NCBI RefSeq assembly: GCF_009914755.1
Contig: NC_060925.1
Length of the DNA: 64,000 nt
Reading direction: 5' to 3' (one strand)
DNA from: the human T2T-CHM13v2.0 reference genome, Homo sapiens
The notes beneath the pieces were generated by a model. The model was given only the letters and a program-made list of their open reading frames with translations. It was not told the origin of the DNA and did not search any database. This document shows positions 30,961 to 47,000 of the stretch, in pieces. The number at the start of each line of letters is the position of its first letter. Positions within the stretch are counted from its first letter, which is position 1. The translations under genes and the position numbers were made by a program.

Positions 30961-33074
30961 GACTGTTCATTGCCTCTGTTAGTTTAATGATCCTCTGAGA
31001 TGTTATTCACAGTAAAATAGCATGTGAATTTCACCTAACTAAAAAGTTTATTTGATCCAAAGCCCTGATTTTAAGAATTTGAAAGAAAAAAATGACTCTA
31101 TTTTTCCCAGTTCTAAACATTTTACTAGAATAATAATTGTATTCTTTCAACATGGAATTAATGTTGATGAGAAGCAAACATCTAAATTTAAAAGAAAATA
31201 TAGTTTGTTGAGGGAGGTAATAGACAATAAAATGTATTTATTATAGAAAAAATTCCCAAAACTTTCTCATTAAATGTGCTTTATCTTTACTTCATTACTA
31301 ATATTTAGCTTTTATTCTTTTAAAAAGCATATGCCAATGATAATATCTCATTAATAATAAGAATCCATCTAATTTTAGCTTGATCTTCCCCCTGACTAGG
31401 TTTGATTGGATTAAATCATCATAAAGAGACAAAATAATGCAAAAAGTGATAAATCTATAAGCCTCCCCTAAGGTTTCCCATAGAATGATCAACCCAAATG
31501 TGCTCTTTATTTTATGCCATGAAATGACATACTGTGTCAAGAACTGAATTTCATCATACATGAGACGTAAGACTATTTTTATATCTCTGTAAATTGGGTA
31601 TGAATTATAAAAGTATGCTGGTAAACTGATCACTTGAGAACATAAAGTCAACTTTCCCTGGAAGAGTTTCTCATTATAAAAGAAAGGCAAGCATCTTCTT
31701 CCTAATATCTAGCTTTATCAGGTCAGGGGCTATATTCTCGGAAGGGATAAGTAATTTCTGTTGTATCTACTAATTTCATTTAAAAAGATAACTAGAGAAT
31801 ATTGGAAGCATTATTGTAGAACTGTGTCAAAGACCGAAATATCATTCCTACCTTAGACTGTACCTCAAGATCGAAGCTCTGGATGCTATCTGGAATTAAA
31901 ATGTTTGCATTAAGTTTAAAACTCAGTAAAATAAATGTTTGAAATGAAAACCAGACCAATAATGAATAATTTTACTTAGACCTACTCTCCAAATGTGCTA
32001 AAAGACTTGTAAAAGTTGTTGTTGTTTTAATAACTAAGTCAAGCCAGTTTTATTTAATTCAATACATGGAGTATTAATGCGCTGTATGAATGCCGAAGGT
32101 AGTATTGGACGCCACAATCTTTAGGAACCATGCTTCTGAGTTTTAAAATGGTGACTAGTTTAGCATAGATTCAACATAAGCATTAGGTGTTCTTTTGACA
32201 TTTGGGAATCAGCCAATCAACAGGAGGAATAGTAAATTGAATACGAACTTGAAAGAGACCATGTCTTTTTTTCATCCAACTGTGAAAAACTTTCTTTGTA
32301 CAATTGTTAAACTTAAGAAACAGATGGTAGATCTGTATCAGTCAGTGAGGGGTTTCTGAAGTACTTTTCTGGATGAATGCCAAGAAAATGGGTTTCTGAG
32401 ACTTGCATGGCTCTGGATTTGTTCTGAGCTGTTTAGTGAAGTGAGGGCTGGCATTCAGAACCCAGGGGAGGGGGAGTAGTCATTCCCATTGCCTTGCATA
32501 GAGATAGAATCACAGGTGACAGGTCATTGGAAAATCACTTCTTGAGAGTGGGTATCTTTATTTTGAGTTGGTATCTTTTTGAGAGTTGGCCACTCATAAG
32601 CCTTGCTTTTGATAACATTTCTTTAAATTCCTCCAAGGAACAAGGGGAAGTGCAAAAGGAATACGATAAAGTGCAGCATTGAATGAGATAAGCATATTCA
32701 ACTTAAGGGGCACACTAAATACTGTAATCTGGGAGCATAACTCAGATTTCTTTTCTTCTTTGCTCAGTATAAGTTGCATGATCATAGAAGATTTATGTAG
32801 AAGTCAGAAATCAAGGTCAAGAGGGTAGGCATATTTAGATTCTTACCCTATTCATAATTAACAATAAAATAAGATTTTGTGTCCTGATTCAGAGAATGGA
32901 TGGCTCAGTCCTTATAACCTCTTAAATTAGTTTTATCTATAACTGGATTTCTGAATCTCTTTTGAAAATTACTACCATTGATGGTCACTGAGTGAAAAAA
33001 GCAGAAGGATAGACTGGTGTTAACTGTAATGAACATTTATCCAACATTACCCGTGGGCCTGCTATCCATTTTAA

Positions 33075-33637
33075 ATTCTAAAAGCACTTTACAGCTTGCT
33101 AATACATAGCCTCATCTCCAACCTTGCATTCCTAAGTTCCACTCTGCATTCCACAAATGGGATTAATCACCTACTGAAAGCTCTATAATAATTCCTGTCA
33201 CCTGGGGATAATGTTAAAACTTCTCAGTTTGTGAGAGAGGGCCTTCATTATCAGTGTCACATTTATTTTCCAGAAAGATTTCTAGCACCCCTCTACCTTA
33301 CATCTTGCTTTTCAGCCAGGAAGAACAACTTTTACTTTCTGAAATGTACTAGATTCTCAATGTTGGGCCACATTGCTATTTTTTTTTTTTCTAAAAGACT
33401 CATCATCTTCCTTTCCTACCTAACTCAAACATATCCCTCTTAACTTAGACATTACTTATTTTGGGGGAGTCTTCCATGATTACCCTAAGAATAGGGTAAG
33501 CATTCTTCCTCCCTGCTTCCATAGAAAGTAGGAAACTATTGCACTTACACATTGTAATGTGGCTATAGTATGATCAAAATAATTAAATCTAAACAATACT
33601 GTGTGGATTCAAATTTTTCTCAGCTACTCACAAGCTG
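33075..33637 (+). repeat. Local direct duplication, inserted copy flanked by a 15-bp TSD
   Basis: ctgctatccatttta at 33059-33073 and 33635-33649. Interrupts a MIR-like element (~33030-33058 plus ~33650-33815). Confidence 0.93.
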
Positions 33638-34243
33638 CTATCCATTTTACCAAGCCTCCTGCATGTATTACTATGTCTAATCCTCATATCAACTCATATA
33701 TAAACTAGATTTTATGATTATGGCTCTAAAAACAAGGAGACTAAACCTCGGAAATATCATTTAACCTGTACAAGACCTTACTTGGCTGAGCTAGGATTCA
33801 AAACTAGGTCATTCCGAGGAGAATATAAAGTCCAGCTTTTTTTTTTCCACACAGGGATGTATATTTCCAGGTACAGTTTTACATTTTGTTCTTTATTGTA
33901 TGAACATAAATATAGATACATATGAAAATTCGAAAGCACATGAAAGTGCCAAGAGGAAATGCAATACCATCTTATGAAATGAGAAATTACACATATCTTA
34001 CAGTGAGTTTCAAAATTATATTGCTCAAAGTATTTTTACTGTGGAACCATAGGCACAAACTATAGCAAGAGTAAATCCAAAAATGTTTATTGTTCTTCTA
34101 TAAACTAACTACTGTGTAGGATACAAGGGATGCTGATTTCACCAGTGCCTTTAAGAAGGACAAATCAAATTAAAAAGTCAAAATGACTGAAGGTGATAAT
34201 CCAGATGGTGGTAACAATAATGACTACCATTTATAGAACTTTT

Positions 34244-36057
<1,814 letters not shown>

Positions 36058-36107
36058 CATTTATAGGATTTTAAAAATATTATTAAAGGCTTCACAAACT
36101 GTCTTGT

Positions 36108-36380
<273 letters not shown>

Positions 36381-39300
36381 TAGATACAACAATCTCCTTT
36401 TAACTGAAGAGGAATGATGTAAAGTTATATAAAGTTCAGAGGAATTGATGTAAAGTGAATCGTAAAGACTTTGGAATCTCCTACTAAAATATTTTAACAG
36501 GAAAGAGACACATCAGTGCATTTTACAAGCAGATCAATGTGGCGGTATCTAGCATGCATGGGGAAGGGATGGAGGAAGTTGTCAGTTTAGAAACTGAGTA
36601 TAAACATTATTGAAATAGGACATGATAAGTACCTGGACCAGGGTAAAGGCAATGGAAAGGAAAAGGAAGCCACAGACCACAGATAGGAGGAATTCAAGGA
36701 CTGTGTACCGAAATTCAGGAGAATGATGTGAAATAGATGCTCTGAATCCTCTATTCCCAGGAGGCAGCATTATGGAGTTAGGAGAAAATGCAGGAGCTTT
36801 GGATTCTAGTAGACCTGGGATTGAGTTTTTACACTGTTACTCTATATTCGAAGCAATATATTTAAACCAGCTGTGTCTTCCTTTTGTCCTTTATAAAACA
36901 AGAATAATAATGCTTATCACATAGAGATATTATGAGGATTGTATAAGACAATGTATCAAATAGTAGGTATTCGGTAAATGTTCCTTCTTTACTAAAGATA
37001 GAGAAACCATTTTCTGATGTACAAAGGGATGAAGAGCTGGCCCAATATGAATTTTCCCAAAGAAGTTAAATGAAAAGGATCTCATGATCCTTTTCAGGAT
37101 TTATTATTTACGAATGTTAATATATTATTTTAATATTTTCTATCTTATGAAATAATTATTTGGTCAAAACATAAGACAATTGATAGGAATATACAGCATG
37201 GAAAATGGTTACCAACTAGAGCTGCAGGGTATCAGGGAATGTGACAAGGCAGCAAAATGTTTCTACACATGTCTGTTTTTTCAGGCATTATCTTTCTTGA
37301 GACTATCAAGTGTGTATTTAAGGAGCCATTCAACTTACTTCAGTGCATTTGCTTGCAAAGGGTGCAATGTGATGTTTCCTACTGGTAGGGTCGTATTTCA
37401 TATGTGGTGATAGTGTTGCTGAACAAATAGGAAATATCCTTGCCTAGACTATATTTTATCATTTCATTATCTAGTGGTAAAGGAATGTGAGTTCTATTTA
37501 CAAATAAACATTTTGTCTTACTTTTTTCTTTGTGATCTATTTTCTCCAAGTTGCATAATGTAATGAATTAATAAAGCTTAGTTGCTGGCCAAATCAATGG
37601 TGACTTTTTATGTTTTTAAATATAATATTAGGTTTAACTTATTTTTGTCATTAAAATATCATTTGTGAGTGCTTTTCAAAATGAAGTGCTTCTGAAATAA
37701 ATCACATAATAAAACTAACCTTACTTTTGAAATACATTTTTATTGAAGCAAACACAAATCAATCTGAAATTCAGCATTTTGTAGCAGTTAAATGTATAGT
37801 CAGGCAGCTTCAACGTCAACTAGAGAAGTTGTGGTTTTAACCCCGAGATAGGGCTGATTATGCTGGTGCTATGGCAACCTATTGCACCATTTGGTAGCGC
37901 CTGTGTGCTTAACCGCATGAGCTGCGCCTCTTCCTTTCCTATAAAGACTCAGAATAAGAAAAACAGAAGTACACCGAAGAGAAGAAACCACAAGAGCAGT
38001 AAAGACACTGCTGTTAGCTTTTAGCTGTGCAAACAGCAGTCTTATGAGAACAACACATTGAAAACCTCTTCTATTTGAAAGTGTAGCTTTTCCCATTATG
38101 CCTGGGTTCCTTTAATGATTTTGAAAGTAAGCCAAGTGTTTCTGTTCAGAGTTTTCATTAAAGGGAAATAAGAAGAAATAAGCAGTGCATTTATCAGCCT
38201 TTGCTTTTATTGTCCTCAGCTTTAGGAGTGGGAGGCTTTTGTGCAGCCTCAGCAGACATTTTATTCTGTTTGTGAGATGGGAGATTAGTTTCTATTAGGT
38301 GGACTCCCTATAATCTAGCATTTATTTTCTGCTTTTTTTTATTATATTGTAGTTAGTTCACAAAAAAAAGTACAATTTTAATTCATCTCCTGGCTCATTT
38401 AGAAAGGGTTGTGGTTGGTGCTGTAAACACGTTTCTACATAACTAGATTAAATTCACAGACACTCACTGTCCTAGCACTGTTTATTTTCTATGGGGAGCT
38501 TCATTTACCTATTCTTTCCCTCACCCCACTTCTTTTACAAGGTATAGGTTGATCAGCAAAGGCTTTTGTATGTTTTCCTTTGTTTCAAAGTACAGACATA
38601 ATATAATCATAACTTTTTTTTGCATGTTCTACTATTTTTCCTTCCTTAAAGATTTGGGTAAAAATACTGAAGGACAGACAAGTTCATGCTACCATTTTTG
38701 TTAGGCATAGGCCTGTTCACTTTTCTTCCCATTTTTCTGAAAAATAAGAATCTACCCCTTTTGTAGTCATTGTCCAGCAATTTACACTTTTTAACAATAA
38801 GTTTTAATGTGTGGTACTCTGAATCCCATTTTGATGGTTATACATAATATTTACTCATTTTTGAGTCCCTAATAGCTCTTTAGCACAAATACTGGATTTA
38901 GCATTAAATATTTTTTCCTTACAGTGCAATGCAGTTGAACAAGCATGGGGGTTTTTACAGTCAGACAGATCTGCATTTAAATCTAGACTCATTTTGCTAC
39001 AAGTTCTTTATTTAGCCTTGCATACACGTTTTTATGATTTTGAGCTTTCATCTGTGAAAAGAAGAGAATACCATCTACTTTGTAGGATTTCTATAATGAT
39101 TAGATAAAATAATATGTAACAGTATTTAGGACAGTGCCATTCACATAGTACCCGCTTATTAAATAGTAAACACTGTTGATAGCACCAAATACACTAATAA
39201 AAGATTTCACCACTTATGCAAACATCTTTTGATGATTCTTTGTTCTTTAATGATGATCGTAACCTATCCTAGAGGAAGCAAAGAGCTACAAAAACATACA

Positions 39301-39489
39301 CTTACTAAGGGATTAATATAATTAAATGGTTTTTGCTATCTGAAGTATATTGCATAAATCAGGTATATATCCCTGGATTTAGGTAAATGAAAACAGACAT
39401 TTTCATAAGAAGCAAAAAGATAATTAATATGGGAACAAACCTATTCTGGAAAATGTTTAAAAAGAGAATATGGGTAAGGAAGCATCTTT

Positions 39490-39640
39490 CTCAGTTGTTC
39501 TTAACCCTTGTTTCCATCATAATCACCATCAGAGCTTTAAGAAAATACCAGTGCACAGATCACGTTACCCCACAAACCTACTAAATCAGATTTTCCAGCG
39601 CTGGAGCCCAGAAATAGTCACCTTTAATCTAATTCCCAGT
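39490..39640. mobile_element. MER5-type hAT relic
   Basis: cagttgttcttaacccttg...cctactaaatcagattttccagcgctggagcccag. Confidence 0.5.
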
Positions 39641-42600
39641 CAGGATTAATACAAATAAAGGATTGATATTTTTTCTTCCTCAGGATAATAATACTGGTTA
39701 CACACACATAAATATACATAACTGATAACAAGCCAGAATTTTGTAAACTATGTTCTCAGAAACATTGCAGTTACATTGTACAAATGTCCTATAGTATGTC
39801 CATGGGAAAAAAATGGGTTTGTGGCAAATACTTTTAGGAGATCTTGAGCTAAACGAAGTGACATAAGTTTCTATGCTTTTAATATATTAACACACTTTAT
39901 AAATATCTCAAAAGGGCATGTAGCATGAATTACTTCTGAAACAAATTTGACTATGGGACATTTAAAGGCACACAAATCTAAATCAAAGACTTCAATTTGA
40001 CCATCATTGCACAGGAAGCGATAAAATTTTCCCCCTGACTTGTAGATAAATAGTTTAAGACAGAAAAAAAGCAGTGTAACTGATTGTTCTTAAATGGTTA
40101 TCTAGTAGCCTTTATTAATTTTTTTGTCATTAATTGTTTCGTTAATCAACATGCCTGAAATATATAACATGATGTTTTAAACCAAATATAAAATACCTAC
40201 AAATGCATTCCTAGTTTTGAGGTGTGTGTTTGCAAAGTCATATGTATTCACAAGCAAAAAACATTATTGTAAATATTGGACACCATAAGTCATTGGGAGA
40301 CAGCTAGATATGGTTGCTATCTTTAAAATTTTTTAATTATTTGATTTTATTCCTCTCATGGCCACAAAAATTTGCCTTCTTTATCCTCAATACTGCTTTA
40401 CATACTGATATTTTTCTTTATTATTTGCATTATTATTTAAAAGTGTGTATATAATTTGAAAGTTTAAATAGTACCATAAGGCCTAGAGTAAGTAAGAACA
40501 GTCTTTTGCTCCCACGACTCTCCCCTCCCTTGATATTTTGTGATTTTTAAATGTTATCTTTTATTGTAGTGCTGTTTCTTTAAAACAAAAAAAAAGATTT
40601 TTGCCAGTATCTATTGACTTCTTCTCTTGATCTTGAGATGTTGCTTTTTATAACCTCTTGCTCTTTGTTCATGGGTGCAATGTTTTCTCATTTCTGAAAA
40701 TATGAATTGTAGTTGGTTATCCTCTCTTTTGCTCCTTGCATTGCCTCATTCTCCCAAGTGCCTCTTTTGTTTATTTGAGCTCTATCTTTCTTTCTTATTA
40801 GAGGCTTTGTTCTAGTGTTTCTTGGATGTCCATTTGTATTTAATAAAAGGCCTCAATAAAGGGATGTTGAAATTCTTTGGACATTGGTGGAGCTCATAAA
40901 TTCATGTGCTTTAACTAGATTGAATGAAATCAGAAAGGCACTACACTCACTGAGTCTTAGTTTCCTTATATATCAAATGAACTGCATGTCAATAATCACT
41001 AAAATCCTTTGCTTCTGTCTGAGTAGAAATCTTTGGAATTATTTTCTGATGATAAGCAGAAAGTCCTTTACTCATGAGATTCCAAAAATAATATTAATAT
41101 ACCCAATATTTTAACATAACGTCTACATAAAGAATAAGAAAATTATTAAATAGACACTATTTCAAATCTAGCACTTTCCTCGTGTGTGCCTGTGAGCAAT
41201 TTACTAAACTCTTTTAGGTCCCAGTTTCATTCCCTATAAAAAAGGATAAATAATGCTAACTCATTGGCTTACTGGGATGCTTAAAAGAAAAAAAATACAT
41301 ATATATTATATAAAGAGGTGTGCATAGTGTCTGCTACATAACATTTCAGTAAACTGTTGCCATCATTATTATATTTACTGATAAGCTAATGGAGGGTAGA
41401 AAAGACTGTTTCCTGTGGTTCTCTGAAATCATAATACCTGGCTTGTCGCTGCCCAGAGTGCTTACTCCATAAATACTTAATAATTTAATATGATTTGTTA
41501 GATTTATTGTCTGTGGACCATATAGCAGATTTCTAGCATAAAAAAAGTGCAATTCTCTTATTTTTATTGTGCACTTTATTATTATCATGCATTGCTAAGA
41601 AAGGAAAGCCATACATATCTGTTTTAGCTGACCCTTATTTTTTGTCTTGATTTGCTTTTTTCCACTTTTGTACAGGCTTTATGTTTATGGAGGTCAAGTA
41701 TGCATTCTCAACCTTCAAAACATGCTATCATTCATTTTAGGGCAGATGCTGAGAATAAGTATTTATTTAATCTATTCTATTTTACCCTTCTGCCCTTGTA
41801 CTTTTCCCAGATTTGCAGAACTAGACAGGTTTAAATTCCCTAGGAAATAGCATCCCATTTTTTTTTCTTTTTTTTTTAGCGGGGAGGGAGAACGGGTGAT
41901 ATTTAAAGCCCAAGTATGTCTTTTGAAATGCCGTTTTCACTCAAATTGATTCCTAGTTTTTGCTGAAATCTCTGATCAGGGACTTAGGGGTGTGACTTCA
42001 AGGTAACTTTGATTTGTGATCATTTAAACATTTTGAGTTGTAAAAGAAACATATTGGGAAAGGTAAATTCAGTAACAATACATGTGTTAGAATAACACAG
42101 CTTTGAAGATCAAGTGTTCTGTTATCTACATTTTCATCTGTTTAATGTATCTAGTCAATTCCATTGGTGATTCACAACAGGATTATAATGGGAAAAAGAG
42201 CTCTTAGATAATTTACAGTTTTTTAGTGCTATGGTGCCACCTACTGAAATATTACTAAATACTCCTTTGACTAAATAATGAAAACACAAGACATTTAAGT
42301 TTTAAAAAATGTAGAAAATTTCATCCCTAGAAGATAAAAGTCAAAGTGTAGAATGTAGTAACTGTAATATGTGGAACACTAGATATATTACTGTGTTTTA
42401 TTTTATATTTATTTGATGTGTTTATAGAATTTGAGAGAAAGCTCAATGCAGTTCTTACTTTGAGAAATAGTGATGCCTTCTCTTTATTGTCACACACCTA
42501 CACATGTGCCCTCTTAATTTCCATTGCTATGTCACATATTTTGCTTTACCTATTTTCCACACTTTCCCAGTATTGTTCATAAAGAATGTTTACATATATT

Positions 42601-42906
42601 GTAGTGTAATTTGTATTAAACAATCTCCAAATATTAAATATTTATTGTGCACTGGTTATAAAATACTTTATGCAAAAATTTTGTTTGCTTTTCCCAGATC
42701 TATTTGACTCCACTAAGAATATATTGTTGCTTTTAAGTAATACAGGAAATAGGGTAGAGTACAAGGCTGTCTACATACATAAAACAACTTAGGTAACTAC
42801 ATCAGTTCATTTGTTTTGCATTGGACAAGCACAGTAATATTTAACCATATACTCCAGTCTAAATGGATAGGTCATGAAGTAGTTAAATATGTTATACAAC
42901 CAATCT

Positions 42907-43198
42907 TTTGTTGTTGTTGTTGTTGTTGTTGTTTTTGAGTCAGGGTCTCACCCTGTCACCCAGGCTGGAGTACAGTGGCACCATCACATCTCACTACAGC
43001 CTCAACACACACTCATGGGCGTAGCCTCCCAAGTAGCTGGGACTATAGGTGTGCACCACCCTACCCGGATAATTTTTGTATTTTAAGTAGAGACGAGGTT
43101 TTGCATGTTTCCCAGACTGGATTGCTTGGTTCAAGCGATCCAGCTGCCTCTCCCTCCCAAAGTTCTGGGATTACAGGTGTGAACCATTGCACCTGGCC
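42907..43198 (-). mobile_element. AluJ with (GTT)n tail
   Basis: TSD acaaccaatct at 42896-42906 and 43199-43209. Confidence 0.88.
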
Positions 43199-43992
43199 AC
43201 AACCAATCTCATCAGGTCTTTTTTTTCTATCAGTGAAGATTCAGCACAGTGGCTTCTATCTATGATTTTGGTAATGTTTAATAATGTTTGCACATATGAA
43301 GTGCAACAGACAATTGAAGTCATTGCTCATGTAATTTAGGAAGAATTAAAATATGATAGAGAATTAATAAATTATTGCAGATATTTGGTTTTATAGTTTT
43401 CTCTAAATAGTTAAGTACCTTCACCTACTCCCTACCTTGTTTCATATATAAAGGCATTCTCCACCAAAGTATTTGTTAGTGTTCTGCTAACGTTGATGTA
43501 AAAATCATTAGATGACTGGGGGGGCGGGGTGTGGGGAATGTCCTTTAGATGTTACGTAGGTGTTTTAACTAAGCTATTTTATATAGGTCACATTTAGCGT
43601 GTTCCTACTTTAAGACTGGTAAAATGTTTAACATTAAAAAGACTGAAAAATAGATTTATGTAATCTAGTGCACATGGCTTATTAAAATTGATATGTTGCT
43701 TTAAGTTGCATCACTCTAGTGCATACCTTATTTCCTTAGGGGCATTGGCTTAAATTTTAAAGTAGTTTTTAATTTAAAATTTTTATTTTAAATAGATTCT
43801 ATGTGTTTTTTTCAGGCACGAAAACATTTTTATGTCATTTATCATGTTGACTAAAAGTGTTACCAAAACTAAAAATCTGTTTATAGGGATTTTATGACCA
43901 TGAGAACAAGCAAGTTGAGTCTTACACTAAGTCTAAACAGTGATGCTGAAGTCTTGGAATTTTCTTTTAAAAAGATAAAATGGTGTGTGGGG

Positions 43993-44024
43993 TGTGTGTG
44001 TGTGTGTGTGTCTGTGTGTGTGTG
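43993..44024 (+). repeat. (TG)n microsatellite, one interruption
   Basis: Read directly from the sequence. Confidence 0.9.
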
Positions 44025-47000
44025 CACGCACATATTTGAAATAGTATATAAAAATGAAATAAAACATAGATTACAATGTTTTAGTGTCACCTAAAAATCA
44101 CTCAGTGGAGGAATTTAGAATCATATCCAGTGATAAATCAGTGTACAAGCAAACACATATTCAATTCAAGAGGCCTTTATGGGAAGTAAGCATGAACATA
44201 GAAGAAAGGAAAATGTTGGCTCTTTAGATATTATACTGTTTTCCAGGATATTAAATTTTGCTGCATTAAAGATGAAAAGATTCGAGGAAATTTTGAATAT
44301 GGAGCGATGATGAGATCAGAAAAAAATGTATATGTATGCCCATTATTCTGTCCTCTAGCTCCAGAAACCTCTTAACATCTAAACAAAAGGTCTGTAAATT
44401 TTAATAATTGTGCTTGATATTAGTGTAGTTTGGTTGACTTTCCTGTCAAAATAGTATTCTGTAATAAATTAACTTGACACACCTCTAAATTTTCTCTAAT
44501 ATTTGTTTGTACCATTATAGAGCATTCACTCAGCACATTGTGATTTAATCTGCATATCTATTTTTAGGGTCAAGGTTATTTTAGCATTTGTAGCACTACT
44601 AGTAATTTACTTGCAGCCAAATTATGATTAAGATGCATTTTTACTTAGCTCATGAGTTTTTAATAAACACCTTCTGTAAAAGAATTCTCATGCTTAAAAT
44701 TTCATATGAAGAGGAAAGGCTGTAAGGACAAGTTGATGGGAAAAGGGGACGCCTGATGAATGAGAGCATGGCCTGTAAAGTCAGACAGGCTCAGGTTCAA
44801 GTCTGGCTCACATATACTAGACTGGCCTTGTGAACTTGGCCAAGACACTTGACTTTTCTAAGCTTCTTAGGGTTTTTGTGGTGCTTAAGAAAGAAAACAT
44901 AAGCAAAAGACTTAGTATAGTGCCTGGCACCCAGTAAACACTCAATAAATATTAACAATTAATAACAATAAAATATTATTTCTAAATTATTCTTTAAAAA
45001 AGTAAATCATTAGAAACAGTCTTCTCCGTTTTGGTAATTTACCTCTTGTCCTTCTTTTCAGAAGTTAGATTAAAATAATATACATCATGTATTTCTTTTA
45101 AAAAACGTATTGCCTTTGGACCACTTGGAAGTTTATTAATCTCTCTGAGACATGGAACATATACGTAGTCTGATGAATAGTGTACTGGTTGGAAACAGTT
45201 CTAGTATATTTACTCAGGCATTCACAGTTCTTTTGTTAAAAAACAAATAGCTTCACATAGTGTCCCAGCATTTTTCTTCTCATTTCTGTGGTAAACTGAT
45301 GATGAATTATAATTTTCTTTTATGAAACTCTATCTATAGTTGGTGCTACACATTTTGGTGACAACAAAGTAGTAAATCAGAACAACAGAATATAGGGGTC
45401 TGTGGAATTAGTGGTGCAGGTAACATTAAGATTTCTCTTTTCTCTGTCATCAAATTTGCTTTCTGATTTCTCCTCTGTATTAACTGATCCAATGGCTTCC
45501 GTCATTCTGAGGAAAAAGTTCAAGCTCCTTTTCAAGGCCTACAGTGCTTGCTCCTTGGCTCTTCTCCTAAAGCTGTTATCATCAGATCTGTTTGATTTCT
45601 CCTTTGCACTTACTCATGCTTAAAAGAATCCAGCAATTACTTATCAATCACTTCTTATACACAAGACTCTTTGCTACAGCTATTTCTCTTTCTTCTCCTC
45701 CTCTTCCTCATCTTATTATGTGATTCATGCTGATGTTGATGCGAGAAATTTTGATTATTAGTCTTAATCAGGTGTATCCATGACTAAAATGTCATTGCAG
45801 ATGACTAGATATATGTGTTTTATGGGTTATAAGCTTATCCAGGGCAAGGGTCATGCTTTTATCATGTTTGAACCTAGTCTCCAACAGCATACCAGCAAAA
45901 CAATGTATGTTTCTTGAACCTAAGTGAACTAAATTAACTTGTTTCAAGTTCCAAGGAATGAGGTGCTTGCATGAGAAGGGGCATATCAACCTAATTTTAG
46001 ATATGTAAGAGCTCATGTATTTCTCAGATAAAGAAGAGATATGTGTTGTATAAAGTATGTTCACACACTCAAAAACAATTTGAATATTTTAAATTTGGTG
46101 ATATGTTTTGTTCTTCACAAACAATGAAGGACACTTTTCCTTTCACTTCAAACATGAGAGCTATTAGTTATTGCTATACTAATATTTTTTTCTTATTACC
46201 TCTTTTGCAAATCAACACAATTCTAAGACTGTAATTTACAAGGAAATAAGAACAAATAAGGAGAGCGGAATGCTGTTAATGGGAACATAAACATAACAAT
46301 AGTTTACATGAAACAGAAAGATAAAAGCTAACTAGATAAGAAAAGGGACAAAAGTACAAACAATATCAATTAAAAACAATATTTAAGTATGAATTATTAA
46401 GAAAAAGAGAAATGTAATGAGAAAACAAGAAAGTCATTATGTTAATAATTATGTATCACCCATCAATGATATAAAAATATATATATCAAAAATGCATTTT
46501 ACTTCAAGGAATAAGCCAGGGAATGTCATTGAAGAATACGGGGTGATGCTCCTTGGATGGCAACTCTGAAGGAAGAAAATGTTTTCACATCAGTTTGTTC
46601 TCAGAAGATAAAATATAAAGGCAGAAAGTCACCTTAAGTACCAGCTAATTCACTTTCCCATCTGATCTCTGATTCTCTTTAACAACCTGAGTTTACAGTC
46701 ATTTGGAAAAGAACTTTACAATCTTTTAAATAGGCATTTACTAAGATGAGGGATGAAAACATTGCACTTCACTGTAGACTGAATCTAGTTCCCATCATGC
46801 CAAGAAAGCTGCTCTTTTCAACATTTCCACAAACCCAGATGATAAATCCAGTTGACCCATGTTAATGCACCATGTTTATCCTGCATGTGAATCCCCATAT
46901 TATTTGACTTCAACCATTTCCTTCTCGAAACACCCTCTACTCTTTATTCTTGTTTGCTACAGTTTTCCTCTTACTTGGAAAATTTGATTACCTATGCTGG

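Noticed and set aside
31298-31690. 130-aa minus-strand ORF and other 60-120-aa ORFs in AT-rich intron sequence
   Set aside because: No recognisable homology, low-complexity F/L/I/Y composition, and lengths expected by chance.
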